Assembly (NCBI RefSeq): GCF_009914755.1
Contig: NC_060928.1
DNA: 64,000 nt
Direction: 5' to 3' (one strand)
Source of the DNA: the human T2T-CHM13v2.0 reference genome, Homo sapiens
Shown: piece by piece, positions 54,743 to 64,000 of the stretch
How positions within the stretch are numbered: position 1 is the first letter of the stretch
Layout of the letters: the number at the start of each line of letters is the position of its first letter
Position numbers and translations under genes: made by a program
The notes under the pieces: generated by a model
The model's database searches: none
What the model was told of the DNA's origin: nothing
What the model saw: the letters and a program-made list of their open reading frames with translations, nothing else

Positions 54743-54920
54743 TACACACACATACATCAAAAAATAAAAATTCTATGATCACATTAATAGATGAAGAAAA
54801 GGCATTTGACAAAATCCAGCACCTTTTCATGATAGATTGTTTTGTTTTGTTTTTGGAACAAATAGAGGAGAATCTACCCAATTTGATTTTAAAAGAAGAA
54901 AATCTGTAGCTAACATCATA

Positions 54921-55267
54921 CAGTCATGTGTCACATTATGACAGAGACACATTCTGAGAAATGCATCATTAAGCAATTTTGTTGTTTATGAATATCATAG
55001 AGTGTACTTATGCAAACCTAGATGGTCTAGCCTACTACACACCAAGACTGTAAGTTATAGCCTATTGCTTCTAGGCTACAAACTTGTTTTGAATATTACT
55101 GTACTGAATATTGTAGGCAATTGTGACATAATGGTAAGTGTTAGTGTATCTAAACATGCCTAAATACAGAAAAGGTACAGTAAGAATGTGGCATTCTAAT
55201 CTTATGGAACCATTATTATTAATGCAGTCTGTCATTTACCAAAATGTGGTTATGCAATCTATGGCTT
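54921..55267 (+). mobile_element. MER47A-type TcMar-Tigger MITE
   Basis: Starts 'cagtcatg', with body 'ttctgagaaatgc...agcctactacacacc...aaaaggtacagtaa'; TA target duplication at 54919-20 and 55268-69. Confidence 0.88.
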
Positions 55268-57584
55268 TACTTAATAGTAAAAAATTAGAAGCTTTGCCAC
55301 TCACATCAGGAACAAGATAAGGATTTCCTCTCTCTCCACTGCTTTTCAATGTACTGGAAGTCCTAGGTAATACAAGAAGTCTGTTTATAGATAACATGAT
55401 TGTCTAGATAGAAAATCCAAACTAATTGCTCCTCATGGAATTAATAAGCAATTATAGAAAGGTTGCAGGATACAAGTTTAATATACAAAAGTCAGTTGCT
55501 TTCCTATACATCATCAATGAACAAGGAATTTGAAAACAAAACACATTATTATTTACATGATCACCTCACAAAATGAAGTGTTTAAAATCTAACAAAATAT
55601 ATTCAAGACTCATATGAGAAAATCTACAACATTTAGATGAAAGATACCAAAGAAAACTCAATAAGTGGAGAGATATTCCATGTTCATGGATTAGAATACT
55701 CAATATTATCAAGTTGTCAGTTCTTAGCTTGATCTAAAGTCGAAAAAGTCCAATAAAATCCCAACAAGTTATCATATGAATATTGGCAAACTTGTTCCAA
55801 AGTTTATATGGGAGAGCAAAAGACCTAGAATAGCCAACTCAATACTGAAAGAGAAGATGAAAGTCAGAGACACATAAATTTAAAACTTGCTATTAAGCTA
55901 TAGTAATCAAGACAGTATAATACTGGCAAAATGATTGACTAAAAAAAAAAAAAAAACAGAAAAAGAAAAGAACAGAAAACAAAAGAACAGAAAAGAGAGC
56001 CCCAGAATAGATCCACACGAATATAATCGATTGATCTTTGACAAAGTCACAACAGTAATACAAAAGGGCAAAAATTATCTTTTCAACCAATGGTGCGGAA
56101 AAAATGGGCAATCTAAGTGAAAAAAAGTGCATAGTGACACAGACCTTATACCATTCTCAAAAATTAACTCAAAATGAATTATATACCTAAATGTAAAATG
56201 TAAACCTATAAAATTCCTAGAAGATAACAGCAGAGAGCCTTGATGAACTTGGTTGTCACATGACTTTTTAGAAACAACACCAAAGACATGATCCATGAAA
56301 TAAATAATTAACAAGCTGGATTTCATTAAAATTTAACACTACTGCTGTGCAAAAACCACTGTAAAGAGATTAAGAAGACAGGCTACAGATTTGGAGAAAA
56401 TATTTGCAAAAGAGACATCTGAAAAGAACTGTTATACAATACATAAAAAGAACTCTTAAGAGTCAACAATATGAAAATGAATAACCTAGTTAAAAAATAG
56501 GCAAAAGACACTTTGTTCAACAAAGAAGATACACAGGAGACAAGTATGCATATTAAAAGATGTTCAGCATTATATGTTATCAAGCTATTACAAATTAAAA
56601 CAAAAATGATATAACACTGCACAGCTATTATAATAGCCAAGATAGAAAACATTGGCAACATCAGATGCTGGTGAGGATGTGGAACAATAAGAAATCTTAC
56701 TCTTGCTGATGGGACTGCAAAATGGTACATCCACTTTGGAAAACATTTTGTCAATTTCTTAAAAGCTGAACATACTCTTACCTTATGATCCAGTTTGGTA
56801 CTCATTTAAAGGAGTTGAAAATTAGAAACCTGCACACAGATGTTCATAAAAGCTTAATTCACAATTGCCAAAACTTGGAAGCCACCAAGATGTCTGTCAA
56901 TAGGCAAGTGGATAAACTATGGTACACATAGACAATAAAACATTATTTAGCGATAAAAATAAATGAGCAATCAAGTTATAAAAAGACTTGGAGGCAATTT
57001 AAATGCATATAACAAAGTGAAAAAAGCCAATCTGTAAAAGCTATGTACTGTATGATTTCAACTATATGACATTCTGGAGAAAGGCAAAATCATGGAAACA
57101 GTGAAAAAAATGTTGTTCACCAGGGATTAGGGGAGAAAGGGACAAATATAGGAATAACACAGGTCCTCCCATATTTCTATCCAAATGGTGAAGCTTGATC
57201 TACAATTATAGCCGAGGGAGAAGTAGGATTTATTTGGTGCTATTATCTGTGAACGAATGACTGTGAAAACCAAATGCTATTCTATTGTTACATAAATGAA
57301 GACGTTGAGTAGAATCTTATTCGACCACATGTATGTATGTATTCTCCTCTTATTCTTATAACCCTCTATGTTTAAGTATTGTATCTGTATATATTGTATA
57401 CATACATAATTTAAAACTATAACATATATAAATATAAACTAGTAAAATAGATATAGTATACATATGCGTGTGTGTGTTTTCTTCTCTTTATTACTCCTGA
57501 AATAGAGAACACCTTTTTTCAACCCTGAAGAATTGTTTGCCTCACTTCGCATGTTGCTTAAATTAGTTTCAAAAAGTCCTTTCC

Positions 57585-59140
57585 GGGAAAATTAAAACCG
57601 CAATAAGATACCATCTCACTTGAGTTAGAATTATTGTGCCATTTTTGCTCCCATAGTTCAGTGAGTGGGAGAGAGTGATGCCCAGCAGTTTCTTCACTTC
57701 TATAGCTCAGTGAGCAGGATTATGTGGCACCCAGTGGCTTTTCCACTTCTATAGTTGTGTGAACGGGAGGGAATGGCACCCAGTGGCTTCTTCTCTCCTG
57801 TTGTTCGCTTAGTGGGAGAGAGGGTTACAGCTCTTTTATTCCGACCACTCACAGCTTGCCAGGCAGGGGTGTTAGAGCTCTTTCACTCCTGCCATTCACT
57901 GAGTTCTGGGTTCTTGTCTCACGACCAAGAGGAATGAGGAACACAGACACCAGAGAGTAAGTAAGGCAGAATAGAATTTCACTGGGTGAAATAAAAGCTC
58001 TCAATAATGAGATGGGACCTGAAGTGGGTAGCTGTCTGTGAGGCTTAATCTGGGGTTTTTATGGCCTTAGAATGTGGGAGTATATGCTGATTGGTCCATG
58101 GGTGGTCTTGGAAAGAACACAATTCAACTGGTTAGAAGGCATCATTTGGAAGAAAACAATAGAGAGGGAGTGGGTAAGATGGGATGGAAGTTGTTACTCC
58201 AGCCGTGGACTCTATCTGGAACTGGCAGCTCTGTTTTCAGGCTTTAGAATGTCCTTGGCTTGAAGGTTGGGTTTCATCAGGAACCTGTTTCCATCTGCTT
58301 AGGAATGTGTCTGTCTCCAGTCGCTATCAGAATGAATATTATTTTAAAAAACAAACATATAGCAAATGCTGGCAAGGATGCAGAGAAAGAACACTTACAG
58401 ACCATTGGTGGGAAAGTAAAATAGTACAGCCATTATGGAAAACAGTGTGGTGGTTCCTCAAAAAACTGAAAAATACAACTATATACAATTCAGCAATCCC
58501 ACTGCTGAGTATATACATTTTTGAAAAAGGAAATCAGTATATCAAAGAGATATCTACACTCCCATGTTCACTGTAGCACAATTCACAATCTCTAAGATAT
58601 GGAATCAACCTAAATGCTCATCAATGAATGAGTAGATTTTTAAAATGTGGTTTATATACACAGTGGGATATTATTTAGCCATTGAAAAAAAATAAAATGC
58701 TGTCTTTTGCAGCAACACAGATGGAACTGGAAGTCATTATGATAAGTTAAATAAGCCAGGCATGGAAAGATACATATGTGGGTCTGAAAAAGTGGATCTC
58801 ATGAAGGTAAAGAATAGAATGGTGGTTACCAGAGGCTAGAAATGAAAACAAGGAAGGGGAGATGAAGAGAAGTTTGGTTACCGTGTACAAAATACAGTTA
58901 GCTAGAAGGAATACAATCTAGTATTTGATAGTAAAGTAGGAAAATTATAGTTAATAATACTTTATTCCATATTTCAAAATAACAAGAAGAGAAGAATTTT
59001 AATGTTCCCAACACAAAGACAAATATCTGAGGTTATGTATACCTGAATTACCCTCATTTGATTATTATACATGGCATACATGTAGCATAATATTATGTAT
59101 ACCCTAAAATATGTATAATTATGATATATAATTCAAAAAA
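57585..59140 (+). mobile_element. L1MA4A-type 3' portion, split by an ERV1 LTR
   Basis: ORF2 C-terminus 'KCWQGCRERTLTDHWWESKIVQPLWKTVWWFLKKLK' and L1MA 3'UTR; collinear across the LTR. Confidence 0.85.
57632..58329 (-). mobile_element. ERV1 solo LTR (LTR27/LTR28/MER52 group)
   Basis: Sense start 'tgatagcgactggagacagac'; CCAAT box (gctgattggtcc, 58086-58097); 4-bp TSD GAAT (57628-57631, 58330-58333). Confidence 0.8.
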
Positions 59141-59144
59141 TTAT

Positions 59145-59345
59145 ATAGTAGTTTCCAGAAGCTGAGAAGAGGGGGAAATAGGGAGGTACCATTGATTGGG
59201 AATTGAGTTTCACTTTTGCAAGAGGAAATGGTTCTAGAGATCTGTTGCACAAAAAAAAAAGAATATAACACAATTAAATTGAGCATTGGTTACTGGTGGT
59301 CAATTTTATGTTGTAATTTTCACTATAATTGAAAATAAAAATGAT
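59145..59345 (+). mobile_element. L1MB/L1MA9-10-type 3' end fragment
   Basis: 'gagtttcacttttgcaagaggaaatggttctagagatctgttgcac...aattttatgttg'. Confidence 0.7.
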
Positions 59346-59638
59346 TTTAAAGATGAGAAATAATTGCAAAACTGGACCTTACTTGTTCCTAATGTACAGG
59401 AAAAAGTGATTCTGTAAAAGTCAGAAAGGTAATTGTCTTGTGGGTGTTATTTATTTATTTATTTATTTTGCTTTAGGCTTTGAAGGACATGTAATAATTC
59501 AAAAAGATTTGATGGTTTCAAAATTAGAGGCAAGCCAATTCAGCTTATGTTATCTCTGCTTTTTCATGTATGCATTTTTATTCTACCTTATAACAATACA
59601 TCTTTAAATATGTTACATAAAGTACAAAATTTAAAGCA

Positions 59639-59958
59639 GGCTGGGCACTGTGGCTCATGCCTCTAATCCCAGCACTTTGGGAGGCTGAGATGGTCAGATC
59701 ATGAGGTCAGGAGATCGAGACCATCCTGGCTAACATGGTGAAATGCCATCTCTACTAAAAATACAAAAAATTAACCAGGCATGGTGGCGGGTGCCTGTAG
59801 TCCTAGCTACTCGGGAGGCTGAGGCAGGAGAATGGCGTGAACCCAGGAGAAGAGCTTGCAGTGAGCCGAGATCACGTCACTGCACTTCAGCCTGGGTGAC
59901 AGAGTGAGACTCCGTCTCAAAAAAATAAAAAATAAATAAATAAATAAAATTAAAAAAT
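59639..59958 (+). mobile_element. AluY, full length, CpG-decayed
   Basis: 'gagatcgagaccatcctggctaac', 'gaatggcgtgaacc' and 'gagcttgcagtgag'; (AAAT)n tail. Confidence 0.95.
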
Positions 59959-60082
59959 AAAACAATGTTTAATGAATATAATAGCCATAATATATAAACT
60001 TCCTTTTTAATAACTGAGATTATTTTATTAAAATATTAATATTACTTCAACTTGAGAATCTTCCCATTTTCCTCTATGCCAA

Positions 60083-60297
60083 AAAATAGTCAACTTTTTC
60101 CATAAAGGGCCAGACGGTAAACAGTTCATACTTTCCAGAACATGTAGTCTCTGTCACAACAATTCAGCTCTCCCATTGTAGCATGAAAACAACCATAGAC
60201 AATACTTAAACAAATGGAATGGCTCCGTTCCAATAAAACTTTATTTTCAAAACAGGCAGTCAGCCGGATTTGGCCCACAAGAGATTGCTAACACCTG
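60083..60297 (+). mobile_element. MER58A hAT-Charlie MITE
   Basis: 'taaagggccagacggtaaa...gtctctgtcacaac...ttccaataaaactttatt...gccggatttggccc'. Confidence 0.85.
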
Positions 60298-61927
60298 TTT
60301 TATGCCATTTTAAACATATGTCAGAGCTATTTCTTCAGAAGTATCTACTTGAGGATGAAAAGAACCTGAAATCCTGCCATGCTCTGGAAAGTTTTTTCAA
60401 ATACAGAAAACCATGAAATATTCCAGCATGAAATAACACTGTATTGACAGTTAATCTGAGACAAAGAGCATTGGATTGACAAAAATTCTGTACTTTGTCT
60501 GTGTTATATTCCCAAAGGCTAAGGGAAGAATTTCTTTCTAAATAAACCATAAGGTAATCTGGCACAGGTCAGTAAAGCTGAGTTTCAGAAGACTTTAGAA
60601 GTAAATTTTGAATGCCTAAATGGCAACATGTATTAGTTTATATTCAACTTATGTATAAATTTATTTGAGAGGGTGTGAAATTCTTATCACCCTGTTTATC
60701 TCTATGTAGCTAAATTAAAATGAAGGGTACGTCTTACAAATATTAGATCTTTAAACTGGAATGAAAATCGCTGTTATTAACAAGTGGAGGATTTCCAATA
60801 TGCAATGTAAATAGTTAAGATTTGAACATAATTATAGCTTTTGTAAAACTTTGGTTGCTCATTCCCACTAATTCTATACACTACTTGAGACAATAAGAAC
60901 CAATTGTTCTCATCCATTGAATTATCTTATAGAAATAAAATTTTCAATGAAAATATGTTATTATTACTAAATGAGCAGAACTCTACATTGCTATGACATT
61001 TATTTCCTTAAATATGCCAAATTAGAAAAAAGTGGTCAGCACAAAGTTTTATGTATGCATGAATTTGCATTTTGGCACCAAATTGTGCATATATGAACCT
61101 TTAAACAACTTAAATGTTTTCAATATTCTAATTTACAGATTGATCATTGGTAGCTTCTGTGACGAAGATTGATTAAACTACTCTGCCATTATTAATGGTA
61201 CACATTAAAGGCGTTGTTACCTAAAGATCCTTCTACCATCTGATTTGACTTCATTTTGTCAACCTTTAAGAAATAATTACCTACACTTACTAGTTCAAAA
61301 ACACATGGAAAAGTCACCTCTAGTTATCACTCGAGAATGAATGGAAATGTTTTCTAGGGGAAATAAAATGATTTACAAAGCATAGTATCTGGGGTACAAT
61401 TTTAAGTGGGAATAGATTTCTGTTATAGTCTTATGTTTTTATGAAAAAGACAGCATTCAGCCGATGCAATTCTCCCCAGTGTGGAATCTTAACTCGCTTT
61501 TCCTTTTAACAGAACCAGATAGTAATGAATTTCAGCTCATATTACAACCACAGTTTTTGGAAAATGACTGTCAGTGGGGCAGCTATTTAGACTCAATGAA
61601 GTTGTAAATTTCTCTGGGAATCAAAAGATCTCTAATTTGGTCCAAAGAGAAAATTATAATCAGAAAAATATCCCAAAATGGTGCTAATAAAATAAGTACT
61701 GAATATTCCCTCCTTTGTACATAATTAGAAATTACTATGCTCACAGAATTTTAGGGAAAAAAACGCCATCATTTGTGAGAAATTGAAAAATGATGGTGTT
61801 TATCCCAGCCTTATATACACTAAATAGTGTGGGGCTTTAAATGATTTTAAATACAATTAAGGCAAAGTAGTCTTATAAATTACCTTTTAACCATGTATAA
61901 GAATTTTTATTTTAAAAACAAAATCTT

Positions 61928-62136
61928 GGGTGGGCTCAGTGGCTCAAGCCTTAATCCCAGCACTTTCGGAAGCCTAGGCAGCTGGATCAGTTGAGTTCAG
62001 GAGTTCGAGACCAGCCTGAACAACATGGTGAAACTCCGTCTCTACTAAAAATACAAAAAAAATTGGCCAGACAAGGTGTTGCACGCCTGTAATCTCAGCT
62101 ACTGGGGAGGCTGAGGCCAGAGAATCTCTTGAACCC
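61928..62136 (+). mobile_element. AluS/J, 3'-truncated
   Basis: Left arm, linker and right arm ending abruptly at 'cttgaaccc'. Confidence 0.9.
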
Positions 62137-62192
62137 ATTTTCGAACAACGAAAACGTCAACATAAGATTTCATTTTGTGTATATATATATAC

Positions 62193-62330
62193 TTTGAGAC
62201 AGAATCTTCCTCTGTAACTCAGGATGGAGTACAGTGGCATGATCATGGCTCACTGCAGACTTGAACTCCTGGACTCAAGTGTTCCTTCCACCTTGGCCTC
62301 CCAAAGTGCTGGGAGCCACCACACCAAGCC
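62193..62330 (-). mobile_element. Monomeric Alu (FRAM/AluJ-derived)
   Basis: 'tttgagacagaatc...gcatgatcatggctcactgcag...cctcccaaagtgctggg'. Confidence 0.85.
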
Positions 62331-62895
62331 TGTTTAATTTTTAATTTAACCAAGTACAAAGGGAAAAGAGACACTGAATACAATAGTCAGCTGAACTGGT
62401 ACATAATATGTCAAATATCAGATAAAACAATACTTACTTGTCCTGATGTTCATGAACCTCATTCTATAAAACATTTTTTCTTGGCCAGATGAAATCCAAA
62501 ATATTAATTTTCTCCAGAAAACTTAGTGAAAGTAGCCACTACATGATTTTTCTTTTGAAACTAAAGTTTGTGGGGTTTTTTTGTAGCTACAGGAATATCA
62601 CAACACTTGCTACTGTAAGTCTTACTAACACAAAAAAATGCAAATTCCCAATTGATCAAGGAAATTATTGAAGCTTGATGAGTGATAAGATAACAATGCA
62701 AATGTTGTTGAGGTCAAACATGTTGGCAAGGAAAATATGTTGTATTAATTCACTGAGTAGTCAAAATAATCATAATTTTAGTAGTTACTCTTTAGAGAGT
62801 TATCAACTAGGCAAAGTCCTGTACATGATAATAGCTAACGTACATTGAATATTTATACTACTTGCCAGATTTGGTACTGAACACTTTTCTTCGTC

Positions 62896-63507
62896 GCAAT
62901 GGTAGGCAAAATCCTACCTGATATCCATCACTGGTACCCATGCCTCAGATAATTCTCTCCATTTGCCTGTGGATGGAATACATAAATATGATGCTATGCC
63001 ACCACAATAATTAGGTTGCACTATAAGACAAAGGTAAGGGAATTTAGCAGATGTAATAAAGAATCCAAATTTATTGCTTAGGAGTTGATCAAAAGGGAGA
63101 ATTTTCTAGGTTAGCCTAACTTAGTCGGGTAAGGTAAATCTCATAAAAGAAGGACTAGATCATTTTTGAAGAGAGGAAATTGTTGGCCTTGAAGAATTAA
63201 ACTGTTGTACTGTGAAAGGTTGGGTGAGAGCATCCCCCTGCTGAGAGCCAGAAAGAAAACAGGGATGGCAGTCCGACAACCAGGAGGAGGTGAATTTTGC
63301 CAATAACTAGATGGCCTTGGAAAAGCACTGGAGCTCCAGGAAGATATATAACCTGGCCAATACTTACATTTCTGTAAGGCCCTAAACAGAGGACCCAGTT
63401 AGGCATGTTCAGACCCCTGACCTACAGAATTTGTGAGATAATGAATGGGTATTGTTTTAAGCTGCGAAATATGCAGAGATAATAAGAAACAATAGAAAAC
63501 TAGTATA
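62896..63507 (+). mobile_element. MLT1E-type MaLR LTR inserted in an antisense MIR (~62828-62890, 63510-63710)
   Basis: 'gcagatgtaataaag...ttgatcaaaagggaga...cagaggacccagtt...tgtgagataatgaatgggtattgttttaagctg...aatagaaaactagtata'. Confidence 0.8.
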
Positions 63508-64000
63508 ACCATGTTATTTAATCCTTATGAAGGGTTGTGAAAATGAAATGTAGGAGGAAATATTAGTATCCATATCATATATATGAGCTCAAAGAGGTTA
63601 AGTAACTTGCCCCCAAAATATACTTCATTACTGATAGGTTCAGAATCAGTAGAGTTCAAAGTTAGACCCTCTGACTCTGGCATAACCAGGATTCTTAACA
63701 ATTACACTGTAAGTTCTGCCTCTTCAGTTCTCTCAATGATCATATGAAATGGTATCAATATCCTTATTTTACAAAAGAAGATATTGCCCCTCAGGGACAT
63801 TAAATAACTTGTAAAAAAGCCACATAAGTACATGATAAAAAAAGAACTTAAACATAGGACAAATTTGCTTCAAACTTTATTCTCATAAAGAACACAGCAT
63901 ACATGTTCTTGAGATATTCACTTGGTTCAAAGGTGGGGTGAAGGCAATCTATGAAACCCTGCTTCTATACAGTTTAGGATTATATTTTCTACTCTGTGAT

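Larger units (their letters stand above)
52390..57163 (+). mobile_element. L1MC-type element with 5' end, partial ORF1, deleted ORF2 segments and truncated 3'UTR
   Basis: L1MC-like 5' end 'atataaggagttgggaagttgccac...gtaaggtcacagagcaaaccactgcc'; RT remnant 'SMITLIDEEKAFDKIQHLFMI' (54652-54909); ORF2 C-terminal remnants at 55.3-56.9 kb. Confidence 0.8.

Noticed and set aside
57648-57845. Regularly spaced repeats as a CRISPR-like array
   Set aside because: The units are contiguous degenerate tandem repeats inside a retroviral LTR, with no unique spacers, in eukaryotic DNA.

Overview
This is AT-rich, CpG-depleted primate genomic DNA, almost certainly human, since it contains a 150-bp stretch matching the human-lineage AluYa5 consensus as I recall it. 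It looks intronic or intergenic and is dominated by transposable-element fossils. I find no intact protein-coding exon, RNA gene, CpG island or CRISPR-like system; the short ORFs in the track are L1/Alu/LTR remnants or chance. The main architecture is a ~24.5-kb minus-strand nested L1 cluster at 13.6-38.1 kb: an old L1MD/L1MC host contains an L1MA4-type element (itself holding a full-length L1PA15-type element), an L1PB-type element, and MaLR/ERVL LTRs. A plus-strand L1MC/L1MA block follows at 52.4-59.3 kb, with many Alus, MIRs, MaLR/ERVL/ERV1 solo LTRs and MER47A/MER58 DNA-transposon relics. The most interesting signals are DNA-repair and retrotransposition scars: (1) an RPL7A mRNA 3' fragment, missed by the ORF track, at a ~2-kb L1 deletion junction; (2) a ~140-bp copy of sequence from 5 kb downstream inserted into an MLT2A2 LTR, which also carries an inverted duplication of its own end; (3) an AluYa5/old-AluS chimera; (4) a twin-primed inverted L1; (5) a tiny L1PA tail at another L1 deletion junction. 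Candidate AP-1 and NRF2-type motifs are also present. Subfamily names and consensus comparisons are from memory and need RepeatMasker/Dfam confirmation; boundaries of old elements are approximate. I see no evidence of a novel gene system.
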